Of a stretch of DNA of 64,000 nt, positions 41,175 to 53,900 are shown in pieces. The notes below the pieces were generated by a model, which saw nothing but the letters and a program-made list of their open reading frames with translations, was not told the origin of the DNA and ran no database searches. Position 1 is the first letter of the stretch. Each line of letters opens with the position of its first letter. The position numbers were made by a program, and so were the translations under genes. The stretch is from the human T2T-CHM13v2.0 reference genome, Homo sapiens, in NCBI RefSeq assembly GCF_009914755.1, contig NC_060926.1; one strand, 5' to 3'.

Positions 41175-44100
41175 CCCATGTTGTCTGCAAAGTGACAGTT
41201 TTTAGTGCTTAATCTCCAAAATTTTCCCCCTACTGATACAATCTAAAGAGCACAGGCCCAAAGAGAAAATGACAAGAGGCTATTGTTCCTTCATTCAAGC
41301 ACATGAAAGGATCATGTGTACTGTATTTGCTGGACCATTACAAGCTCTTGAAGGATCTGCTTGTGAAGTACTCTGAGGTTATTCTTGGAACACAGAGTGT
41401 GGGAGAGTGGGGAAGAGCCAGCTCCAGCCTGAGCAAAGCTGAAGGGTAGAATGACAGTCCAGTTTCTGAAAAGAGATATTTTAATTTTAGTTCAGCTTTA
41501 TTTTCCTAAGACGATATGAAGCCTACTTTTTTATTTTTGGCTAGGTCTTTGTTTTCTAGCTTTGTTTCCAAAAGGATGCTTAAGAAAACAGAGTTTTTTT
41601 CCCCTATCCATTTATCTAGGGTAGAAAGTCACTGCCCTGTGAGAAGAATTACCCTTCCAATCATGACAGCTTCTATTCCAACTTTTCATATACCTGACTA
41701 ACCTGTAAACATATCCCACAAACCACATACACAGGCTACCTATTAAAACTCTCCCATATACCTAACACATACACATGCACACACATACAAAATATATACA
41801 TATCACACACTTAGAGAATGACAGATTTCAGGCAATGGCCAATAGTCAGTATTGAGTTTTTCTGACCCCAGAATCTGGTTGGGCTTTATGATCTAAAAAA
41901 ATGTGGTTTAGAAAAGAGGATAATTGGTAGAGCTGTAGTTTGAAAATATCAGGTCAAAGTTGCAAACATACTTATGATGGAATCATTTCATTTTTAGTTC
42001 CTTTCCCAGAAAAGCTGAGAGAGCACACTGTTCCAGCTGACTTTTTTTTCCATTAATAGCCGTTCTATTCAACAAAGAGCTGCCCACATGCCAGGAAAGT
42101 GCTACAGTCCTTCTAAGCTTTTAAAAATGGGGATCAAGCTACATGCAGCCAGTTGGAATACTTAAGATCTTTATGCCAAGACACAATAACCTGACCTGCA
42201 GCTGTTGTATTGCCTCCATAGTATATCTAGCCAAACTGTAGTCTTTGACACACAACTTTTTAGTCATTCACTATCAATTGCAAAGCTTCATGCTCCAGCC
42301 CTGGCTATTCTAGTACCAGTCCTATACCTTTAAATGGGACTTAATTCCCAGTTATAATCCTGGCCGAATTGATTTGAAAGTCAAGTGGCTGAAGCAGCTT
42401 GCATCTCCTTTGTCATTCCCAATTTCCTTTGGGAGAAGTCAATGAAAGAGATTTACTTAAGTTTTTCCTCCTTATCTCTTGATCATTAATTATTAAGACA
42501 TGGGTAAAATTCATTTGTCTCATGTCTTTTGGTTGATTGAATAATATAGTTACTTTTTGAAAGCCCATCATTTCTTTGTGATAAAACCATTTTCTCAATG
42601 TGACAGCCACATGTAAAATGTGAAACTAATGTTTCTTAGTATGTTTAAAATCTTCACAATCATATATGGCCCTGCAATACTCCCTGAATTCCTTCCCTCC
42701 AAAAAAAAACTATGAGTTGCAAAAACACTAGTTACGAATTAATCAAGAAGCAAAGAGAGTATGTTAAGTGGCTATGTTCTTTAAAATTTTACATTCTAAT
42801 AGATGACTTCTAGGCAAAATTTTGGTATGATTACCATTAAACAGGAAAACATACCATGATTTACTTTCTATAACTTGCTAATCACTGTTTCTTTTATTTC
42901 AATTTTTGATATTGTTGCACAAGTTTATGACTCTTTGGTCTTTATATTCAAAATTTATTAAGTATCAATTCTTTCTTTCAACAAATATGTACTGAACACA
43001 TGCTGTGTTAGAACAACTGTCTTGGGTAGTAAAAAGAGGGGAACACTACAAATTATAATGGATAATATTAATGAAGGGTGGCATGAAATAATCAAGCTTT
43101 CTCAAATCCTCTTAATATGTGATTTTATCAAGTGACATTAGAAAAACTGACATCAGTTCTTGTCTAATTATATGTGAGCTGCAACTAAAAGATGCTTCCT
43201 TTACCTAAATTATAGAACTCACTGGATCGCCCTTCATCTCTCTCCCTCCATCTGAAATGTATGAATTAAATCAGGACTCAGCTAGGACTGAATCAAATGA
43301 AAAAGAAATTTTCGATTAATTGCTTCTTCAATGTTAGACCTATATAAGTGATGCTAAATTTACACCAGCAAACTCCTATCAGACAGTTTCAAGGAGGATT
43401 TGACTCATGCATAACCCAGGAAACATTTCAGGAAACTTTTAAGACAACAGTGTGGAACACAATCACTCTTACTTCTATTTATAAAAAGCCTATCAAAACA
43501 GCAAAATCCTGTTGCAAATTCCAAAGACATCACTTTGCAGCAGGTGGAAAACAGAGAGGTTGTTAGACTCCATCACTTTCAGCTGGAGTTACAAACCATC
43601 AAATTAGCAGGTGGAAAATTTATATTCTCAGAAGCCAACAGGAGACTGCCTTTTTAAAAGGTGTCATGAAGCCTTCTATTTCTCCAAACAACTCAATATT
43701 TCTCTTTAAAATGGCATCTCTGTTCCTTATTCTCTTGATGACAGTTTGCAGTGCCATTATAGCCAGTGTATTAAATACCAGGCTTTAATGGGAAGCACCT
43801 TTGTGCTTTCAAAGGCAAGACTTGTCTGTAATTTTAAATTAGAACTGTTGGTTGTATTCTTACCACAACCAAAACCCAAAGTTTAAAGGCTTGATTACTC
43901 TATATTAGGTCTAATATGAATTTTCACCTTCTGATTGCATTACTTTTTCGAAATCTGCTAACTAGTGCTGGAATAACAAAAATGCCTAAGCCAAAATGCT
44001 GTAGCTCTGCACCAACAGCACAGCTCATCAGATGTTTTCTATAGTAGTAAAGAATTTGATTGACTTAATTGAATATCAGCAATTTTAATACCCACTAGAA

Positions 44101-46224
44101 TTATGGAAGTATCAGAGTGGAAGTGAGGACGCAATAAAAGCTTAATAAGTGGTGGTGTCTTCTAGGAATTATGAAAAAAAAAGCTCAGCAGAGCTAAGCC
44201 AGATCTTATTACATCATAAAGACTAGAGTTACAAATGGCAGCCCCAAACCTAGAAGGGGCAGTTACAATGTGGACACCCTTTCAGCCCAGTTGGTGCTCA
44301 CATCTGCTGACCAACATTCATATCAATTACATTTTTACAGTCTGTAAGTCATTTGATGCTTTAGAAAATAAAAACACACACCTACAGCATTCTAAAGAAA
44401 CTATTTTGTTAAAAAATTTAAACACATTTTATATTAAAATAAGTGATCAATGACTTTCATGATTGTCAAAAGTAAAAAGTGCAGACATTTAAAAAAGCTC
44501 TTCTTTCACATTTTACCTACCAAATCTAGATATTCAACGTGAGTCCTTAAAACAGTCACTTCTAAATTTTATTTTGACTCCTTTCTTGGCTTTTTCAAAC
44601 TGGACCATGAGACCCCCTTCCTAAACAATGCAGTTGTTTTGTTTTATTCTTTTTTTCCAGAAATTCAAGCTGAAACATTTGATATGACCTGTGTTTTACC
44701 TGGTGATCAGTTCTCAGGCTAGTCTAAGTCTGTGCTGTCTTGGCATGCCTTGGGTTTCCTATCCTGAGAGTGGTAATGCCAGTAGAATGATGGGAACCAG
44801 GAGAGTGAATACGACCAGATTCAAAGCCTAAAACAATATGTTTCAGTTTACTTTTATATGTAGATTTTTTAAATATTCACATCTAGCCTGGAATTTTAGT
44901 AAATACAGATACTTGTTGTATCCATGGGAAATGAGGTCATTTCAAAGATGTAAGTCACGTTGGTGACTACTTTCTTTTACTTGTGATAAATATATCACTA
45001 TACAGGGTAATTGCTTTTATAAATTTGATCCTTTGCATTGGCTTATAATTCAAGAAATGTCAACTTCACTGTGTCACTTTATGTCATCTCTCATAAAAGT
45101 TTCTGGCAGGACTAAAGTTTCAAAGGAATGTGATAGAATTTATTTTGGATAACATTTGTATTCAGCATGCTAATGATGTAACTCCTCTCTTTATCATTAC
45201 CACGGTGATAGTTAAGTTCATTCGTTAACTCATTTTAGTGACATGTGAGGCCATTTAAATATTTTTAAGATAATGTATATTGATTAGAAAGGGTTAGAAG
45301 GAGACAAATTTATGGTAGAAATTAGCCTTGCCATTGTCTAAGTTAATTTATGTGACCTGATTGAACAGTTTTAGTTGTAACTTTAGAGTAGCTTCTTTGT
45401 TAGAGGATCTCTTTCCTTTCTCTTTTGGTTTTCTCCCAATATTTTTATCTGTCTTGGGATTATCTTAAAAGGTATTTATTAATGAGTATTTGGAAGAAAA
45501 TTGACCTAGAAAATGTCTCTTTTAAATTTATCTAGGTACTTGTATCACCAGAGACCTTCATCAAGTCCTACTGCCACACTGGATAAGGCCACTACCCCCG
45601 ACCCTTCTTGTCAGGGACATGGCTTCCTAATAATGGTTTTGCTGTTGTCTCTACATAGGGGACCTATGGAAAAGGAGTTTGAAATTTCTACCTTTGTAGT
45701 ACATTGTATCCAATTTTGTTTTGCTCCTCCTTTTCATGTGGTCACCAAGCTTTTTTCCTTAGCCATTAAAAAAGCCACCCCTCTTTAAAACAAATTTAAA
45801 GATCTATATACATTTTTGCAACTTTATTTAATAAAAAAGAGAAGAAAAAAATAAAATCTAAATCTCAATTACCCTAAAGTGGAAAAACCTAAGTATCTAA
45901 CCTAGGAACTTGTTGCCTGGTGGTGGTTGTTGTTGTTGTTGTTTTTTAATTTATTTAGTGTTGATCCTTGAGTTATTTAATGGTATCCAAATGATATCTG
46001 AAAGTGATTGATTTTAAGATGTAATAGTTGGCAAAGTCATTTCATTTGTGTCTCAAACAAATAAAGCCCACTGCCATGGGTTACCATCTGAACCCTGATT
46101 CATTAGGCACTAGTCATGCCAAATGGGGATCTCAGAATAGTTTAATCTTTTCAAAGATACTCACAATGGCCAACTGTGTGTGAATACTGGAAAGTTTGAG
46201 ATTCTTCTATATTCTTCAAATTTA

Positions 46225-46412
46225 TGGTCCTGAGACTAGGAGGGATCTCCAGAGGTCATATGGCTCATCGATCTACCACCAGGGAAGACTGTCACTTAGG
46301 CATGCCCAACAGGAGAGATCGCCATCTATTCTTAACATCTCTAGGGAAGGCAGTTTCCTTGGCAACACAATTCAGCTCTCTTAGGTTTTCTCACAATAAG
46401 AAAATATCTTGG
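46225..46412 (-). mobile_element. Ancient CR1/L3-like LINE fragment inside the 3' UTR
   Basis: GGAGGGATCTCCAGAGGTCAT...CTTAACATCTCTAGGGAAGG...CCTTGGCAACACAATTC resembles the antisense CR1 3' region. Confidence 0.45.
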
Positions 46413-48716
46413 CCAGTCTTTGAGGGTTAGGCACCTGGCAACAGTTGTGGTGATTTGGGCCATTGTACTAGGGGATTCAAGGGAAGTTGGGTTTCCCCCT
46501 ACATTTGGTGATTATTACATTAATATATGATCATTCCATAAGTCTCCTAAGAAATCAGATTTTTAAAGAAAGACACGGATTCAGAGACAATGGTCTGTAA
46601 CATGACCAACTTTTGACAAATATGGCTGTACTAGGTTTTCATTTTTGCTGTTGTTGTTGTTTGTTTTTGTGATTGCTCTTATGTCGGTAGGTAATGTCAG
46701 GAAAAGTGACTGTTTCAGATCCCCAGTACAAACATCAGAACTAGGATCAAATGACTTGACTTTTAAGCTGTTCCATTTTCTAAGAAGTTACAATTACAAA
46801 AAGTAAGCATTTTCTACATTCTTACTTCTAAGTAATGACCTTCTCATTAATCTTTCCTTGGCTTAAAATGACAAATAAGAATCCAAAGTTTTTCCACTCC
46901 TCCTGTGGGAGATAGGAATAGTTGTGAAGAGTCTGATGGAATAAAATGACTCCAGAGATTTACACAGCCACCATTTGATCCCAGCCTTTGTCCTTGTGTT
47001 ATTTAAACAATGGCTTCCTGCTTTCTCAGGGGTCAGGAAAATGATTTAAAAATTTGTCTTCTTGACAAGGCCTGAAAACGAAGGGAGGTGTCGTGGAGAA
47101 ATGGTGATTTTTCTGGTTACATCACTTGATTCAAGCACTCCCTGGAGCTTTCAAAGCCTTTTTTATCTGCTCAGAGTTGACACCCAACTCAGAGTCAGAA
47201 CTCACCAGAAGATGAGGAACACCCCCGAAATCAATGTTTCCTTTCTCCATGGGATTTTTTTCAATCTTGGTACAGCTGCATATCTCCCAAACTCGGATGC
47301 TCTTGTGAAATGACAGCCACATCAGTGTGGTTACTCCCCACAAATAACACTAGGGGGAAATGACCTTTTTTATTTAAAAAAAAAAAAAAAGGCTAATGCT
47401 ATAGAATGATCATGTAAAGAATGTTGAATAAAATTTGGCCCATGTTTTAATTGACTCTAGGCACCTCTATTGAAATAAGTCTGAGGCATAGTTTGTGAAA
47501 CATGTTTCAAAAGTGTTTGATGTATAATAAATGCTAGAAATTTACAGTACAGAAATAGTAAAAAAATAAAATAAAAATAAACCTGTAGATTACAGCTCTG
47601 TTCCTAAGAACCTCAGCCTTTATTGTGTCTTAGTAAAGTTGATCTGCTTTATTTTTAGTTTATTGAATTTCTGGTGTACTAGCCTCTTAAGATAGAACTT
47701 TTAATACATATGTACTGGTTAATGCCTGTTTACGCAGAAAATGGCACTTTGTTCTTTCAGTGTGTTTCCCTCAGTGTCACAGGGTATATCAATTTGATAG
47801 ATCATTTGACATTTGTCAAAAATACGTTTCCCATTTTAAAAATATGTATAATTGGTTGCATAGACATATGTCACTTTTTGCAGTGTCTTCATCTTGATCA
47901 TAGTTTTAGACATCAACTATGTCTCACTTTCCAACTGCCATAGAAATTTGGTACATTTGCAAATTCTGGTGGAATCTAGTGAGCTGAATGTATTGGTAGA
48001 TCAAATGATCCAAAGGACTTGGGTGTTATCCTTCAGTCTGTGTTGAACCATTCAGATATTGGGAATGGTCCTTACACAAGGGAAGTCTTTTGAGAATATT
48101 TGTTCTCTTATTTTTTGTTTGTTTGTTGCTGGCAAAAAAAAAAGTAACTTTAAAAACTCAGAAAAGCCACTGAACTGTATTTTGTGACCTTATGATTAGT
48201 TTTATCTTTCAACTGATTTTTATTGTTACTTTTACTCAATATCAACAGTACTTCAATAGATATTTATTAGTTATGTTCAATCTAATGACTTAAAACAGTT
48301 GAAAAGGAGGAAAATCAACTCCAGTCCACACATACAGTCATGTTACATTAAGATGTCATGTTGTATGTCACACAGTTTCTAGATTGATTTCTCTTGTGTA
48401 TAAGTTATAACATCAAAAATGCCAAAGGGTATATAAAATAAGCTACAATAATATTCAACAGAACTTAACCTGGACCTTATGTTGTAATAATTTATTCATA
48501 TTAGCTGTAGTCTTCTGTATTTATATTTTCAGTATTTATTATGAATGACATGGAAATTCGTGTATTTATTGTGGCTTTTTATTGCAGTGTGTATATATAT
48601 ATAACAAATAAGCATTTTTAAGTCTTATCCTTAAGTTTCTTTTATTAGTGGCACTTGTATTATGCTGTACTTTTTATTACATATTGTACAATATCTTGTC
48701 CATTTGTTTGCAGCAG

Positions 48717-48770
48717 AGTAAAACCGGTTTCTAAGTTGTATCTACTGTTGCATTTCTGTTGCCTGTTGTG
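48717..48770 (+). terminator. Candidate polyadenylation site (variant AGTAAA signal)
   Basis: AGTAAA at 48717-48722, several upstream TGTA (CFIm) motifs in 48480-48690, and downstream GU-rich CTGTTGCATTTCTGTTGCCTGTTGTGT. Confidence 0.5.
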
Positions 48771-49447
48771 TAAAACCTTTGTTCTTACATCCTGAACTGC
48801 AATCCGTTACGCTGTCCCAGCACACACAAGGATACCTCCCTTCCACTGTGTAACAGATAATATTCTTGAAAAGTTGTGTGTGAAGTCAGTTCCTGTGAAA
48901 TGGTTCATTACATTGTCATTTCAAATATGTGTTAACTTTATTGGGATTTATCCCTAAGTGAAGATGCTTATAGCACTTTACTTTCTCAGCTATTCAACCC
49001 CTTCATCAAGTGATGATGTGTAAACAAACACAAGGGCCAGAGGAGAACTCTTTATGTAAATGAAATTTGGAGGCTATTTTTACAAGGACAAATTCAATCT
49101 CTTGTAAGTAGTATCCTTTCACTTAACTGCTTAGTAGTATTTTTGTTTTGCTTTGCTTAAAGCAGAATCTGTGTGATTTGATGTTTAGAATATATGCGTG
49201 TGCATGGTACGTATATGTGCCCAACTGTTTAAAGCTACTGGCTTAAGGTAACTAAAACTTAACTTTTATTGGCAGTAGGATGAAGGAAAAAAAATTGCAT
49301 TTTTTTAAATCTCCTATCATATCCAAGACACTTTCTTCCAACAACTTGTTTTATATTTAGAGACTGGATCTATATTTTTAAAAGCAAATAATAATATGTG
49401 ATTTTGTGATCATCCTAAAACTCAAATTTGAACATGTTATTCACTGA

Positions 49448-49475
49448 ATTAAACATATTTTGTGGTGTTCCCTCC
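49448..49475 (+). terminator. Candidate distal polyadenylation site (ATTAAA)
   Basis: ATTAAA at 49448-49453 followed by TTTTGTGGTGTT, at the boundary where transposon-derived sequence resumes. Confidence 0.45.
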
Positions 49476-50953
49476 TCACTGCCAACAAAACAAAATTCAG
49501 ACTCCTTGGAATGCCTCACAAGGTCGCCTGAGATCTGGGTACAAGCTCTCCCTTTACTTCCCACGTCTTCTGCTGCCCACAAGAGCGGTTCCTTAGATTT
49601 CACCTGCTAGTCCATTTTCCCTGCTTCTGTTCAGCTTGTCTCTTCTGCCAAGAATATACACCCCATAAACCTATCCCGACAGCACAATTCTAGTGACCAT
49701 CTATTTATTTATCAAGAGAAAACACAAATATTCTTTCCTTTATGTTGCCCTTCCAATACTCCTGAAAATCGTTTGCCTGTTGTTTTATGCAAAGCAGACA
49801 TGTATTAGAGCCCCTTCGAGTCTCACTGCACTAGCTTATTTATGCATCTACTCCGCCTCAGTACTTCCTGAGAACAGAAAACACTTCTCATTACTCTGTC
49901 TTCTCAGCATTCAGTTTAGTGTTTAAAACATGGTAGAGACTTAAAATACATTTACTGATGTATGCAAAGTAAAAAATTGAGTGATGCAAAGTCCACTCCT
50001 GTATAGGAGTTCAGATGAGGGAAAGATGATTGGCTGAAACAGTGGAAAAGGTGTCAGATTCAGAGAGAGGGAGAATTTCAGCTAGCAGGGTTACCCCCAT
50101 AGTCCACATTATGGAACAATTTGAGGAAAGGCTGATCAGAACAACATCACTCTTCTGGTGGGGGGCAGAAGGACCTGGTTAAGAACAGATAATTTACTAT
50201 CAAGAACAAATGACAAATCAGGTTAGGAGAGTGCATTTAGACAGTGCAAAGCTTTGAAGACCAACCCAAGGAATCTGGCTCATATCCTTAGGGAAATAAG
50301 GATATTTCCTTCAGGAAATCCTGAAGATTTTAGAAAAGGAAAATCAATCAAATAAGAGTGATTTGCAGTATGGAATATCAGTGTGGCTACAGTGCACAGA
50401 CAGTTTGGGAGGATGGAAATGCCAGAGGAAAAATCTTTGCAGTAGCTATTGCAGTCAGTATTCATTAGAAAAAATAAGAGTTAAGAACCTACTCTGATTT
50501 AGGATACTGTGCAAGAATGTGCTACAATGAGGAGGGTGTGGGGGAAAAGACAGGCAGAGTCCCTCTAGACAAGCAAGTAGAAAGATGTGGGTAATTACAG
50601 CAGAGAAAAAGTCAGCTATTTGAAAGCCTATTACGATGTGAGAGATTAAAGGTAACAAAATAATTATGAGCCTAAAATACCATAGGTGGAATATGGGGAA
50701 GGACATAAGAAGATAAATATCATCAACATAAATTAGAATGTTATAAGGAGGAAGAGATGTGTTCATTTTGGACAGCTTGAATTGATGCTGGGATACTCAG
50801 TGAAAATAACAAATGGACGGAAGGAAATGTAAGTCTAGAGCTTAGACAAAGACGTAAGATTTGGAGCGAATGAGAATTTTAAGAAGAGAATATACATATA
50901 TATATATAGAAGGAACTAAATAACAGACAGGACTGAAGCTTTAGAAAGGCTAG

Positions 50954-53900
50954 TGTTTCAGGTTGTGTTTGCTGTAAGCACACAATTCTGAGATGGAGTT
51001 TAGCATGCAGGATTTCCATGAGGAATCAATTCTTGTGGGAGCTAGCGGGAGGAAGCAGATTAGGAAAAGACAGAAATCAGGCTGTGATGCGGACCGACCC
51101 CACTGGAGTGCTCTAGAGGATAAGGGATCCTCTGAGTCATCCCCTCGCGGGCTGAAATGGCTGGGCCTTTATAGCCACGCCACAGTCAGTCTCTGGATGT
51201 CTTCCACCCCAGAAAGGGAGTGCTCTCAGATGAGTTGGCACCCTGCAGTGAGGAGAAAGCCTGAAAAGAGCTGAGAGCTGGAGGATGTTTTTCTGACAGC
51301 GCTCTTAGGACCTGGGACAAGTCCTTCCTTGAAAGGGAATTTTTGAAGGTAAAACAGCTCTGTGTCTTCTACATCCATCCCTCAGGTCCTCAGATTCATG
51401 TCATCACTTAAATTTCAGGGAACAGCTCCTTCAGGATTCTGGTGGGCCTCTCTCCCTGGGGGAAAACTTAAAGGAGCAAGGTTAGTAAAATAAATTACAG
51501 TTCCTGCCACTCTGGCTGGTCCTAAAGCCACAACTAAAACTGACCATCTCCCTCTCTCACTATTAATTCTACATTCTTCTCAGCTTCATCAAACACAGTT
51601 GCTAGCCTCAATGGCTTACTTGGTGGTGTGACCCAGAGCCAAAAGGCACCTAAGTGAATATTACTTCCTGCTCCTATTATGAAACAGTAGGCCCATCTCT
51701 TCCTGAGGATCAAGGTCAAATACCTCTACCAAGATGGTGAGGTATTTTTTCTCCTTGCCTAAAAATCCTAGGATGTAGCAATAGCTTAAGTCCAATGGGA
51801 CTCTTTAGTCCCCTGATAAAAATGTGACCTCTTTGGGGACTAGGACCTTTAAGACTGCAAAGACATTTAACCCTATAGAGTTGTGGAATAGGAAGCACAG
51901 TTTTCTCCAGTGGGTCATGTTAAGTAGAGACATTCCTGCTTCCACCCAGTAGAGTTTGCACCCATGTGTTCTTCCTATGGGGGACATATTATTATGTAAA
52001 GGTTTTTTATTCAATCTATATACTGGATCCTGGAGGATAGTAACGAATTCATGCGGAACATCATCTCCAAACTTGCACTTCAACTGCACCTTCTACAGGC
52101 CAGTCAACGCTCTGTCAGGCCGGGAGCTTTGAAGTCTATGATATGATCAGTGGGTCTCATGGTCATGTGCCCATGCTCTGATATGATGTTATGTGGGATC
52201 CCATGTGAGCAGATCAAATATACTGTTAGTCCTTGAATAACGGTGTTTGCCAAGGCCCTGCAGGTAAGAATGGCAAACTTATACTTGGAATATATGTCTA
52301 TTTTTATTTAAAACAAACAACAAATAAAAACACAAAAAATCTCTGGCCCTTTTAAGATGGAAGGGGCCCAATGTAATCAATCTGCCAACAAGTGTCTGGT
52401 TAGGCTCCAGAAGAATAGTGCCATATGGAGGGCTCAGCATCAGTCTCTGTTGCTGGCAGACTGTACATTTGGCAGCAGCAGGAGCTTTATCAGTCTTGGT
52501 AAGTGGCAGGCCATGCTCATGGACCCAAGAAGAGCCTTCGTGGCTCCCACTGCCACCCAATCCATGTACCTATCACAGCAGCCCTGGAGTAGCCAATAAC
52601 TGAGGCTGGCTGCTTGCTGCCAACCGGCCAAGTTATTCTGTCTATATCAATACTATCAAAAAATATATATAATGTGAGCTACAAATGTGAGCTGCATATG
52701 TAATTTTAAGTGTTCTCATAGCCAACTTAAAAAGAGTTAACAAAAAGATAAAATTAATTTAATGATATATTTCACTTAACCCAATATATAAAAAATTTCA
52801 ACATGTAATCAATATAAAAATTATTAGTAATATTTTACATACTTTTTGGAAGACTAAGTCTTTGAAATCCAGTGTGTATTTTGCAATTACAGCACATTTC
52901 AATTTGGAGTAGCCACGTGTGGCTAGTGCATACAATATTGGACAACACAGGTCCACACCATTGTTTAATATGTCTTCTGCAGTGGGTGCTCTCTAGTTGA
53001 TAGGTGTTAACATGTGACACAAAGATCTTCACACTTTGTGTCCACTCTCACATGTCATTCACATGCTTATACTCCAAGACTCCTATTCCCCAATCTTCTG
53101 ATATCTCTGCTTTCAGCATCCTGAGCCAGGCTATTCACTTCTACCCACCAGTCCATATATATTCTAACAGAGCTCCTATTTATTCTTCCACACAAAGAGA
53201 ATAACCGGGTGGACCTTAAAGCTCTACCTATTTTAAGGATTTTTCTCTAGCCCCATGAGCTACTCCTGAACAAGGCTGCAGTGTAGCTGCCATGCATTTT
53301 TGGCTTGTTTGGCATCCACCTACTAAACCAGCCCATCTATAAACCAAATCTGAAGGCTTTTTCCTCCTCCAGCAGTGAGCCATGTGGCATCCTCCATATG
53401 GAGTGAGGGATGAGCTGTGGAAGAGGTTCAGGGACAACAGTGGCAAATGACATGGAAGATGGGACTGTCTTGTCATGCAGCTTTTTTTGTGTCTTCCAGT
53501 CCTATTTATGCTCAACCCAAGTTTTCTACTTCTAGAATCCATCTCTTAAAGTTCTGCTAGCCCTGCCTTAAGATACGTGGTTCTACAGGTGCAGTGCCTT
53601 GGTGTCCCATAGCAGGCACATAATCTCCATGAGGCTTCAGTAATATATCAGGAGTTGTTTCTCAAAAGGCATACAAATAACTGCTACAGATGGCAAAGCT
53701 TTAATCCCATAGCCTATGTTGGGATTCTACCACTGGCACTTGACATAACCTCCACACAGCATCTTTTCCCACCACTGCTACCACTAATATCACGGTGTCT
53801 GCTGGCCTACATGACCCAACAACAGGGCTTGGTGGACTGCAACCAATACCTCCTACTGAGATTTTTCCTGCTCTACGTCTCACTCAAAGCTGGCAGCCTT

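Larger units (their letters stand above)
39094..49470 (+). other. CSRNP3: Long CSRNP3 3' UTR (about 9.6-10.4 kb; exact end uncertain)
   Basis: AT-rich sequence with no Alus after the stop codon. Poly(A)-signal-like AGTAAA (48717-48722) and ATTAAA (49448-49453), each followed by GU/U-rich sequence; L2 debris resumes after about 49480. Confidence 0.7.
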
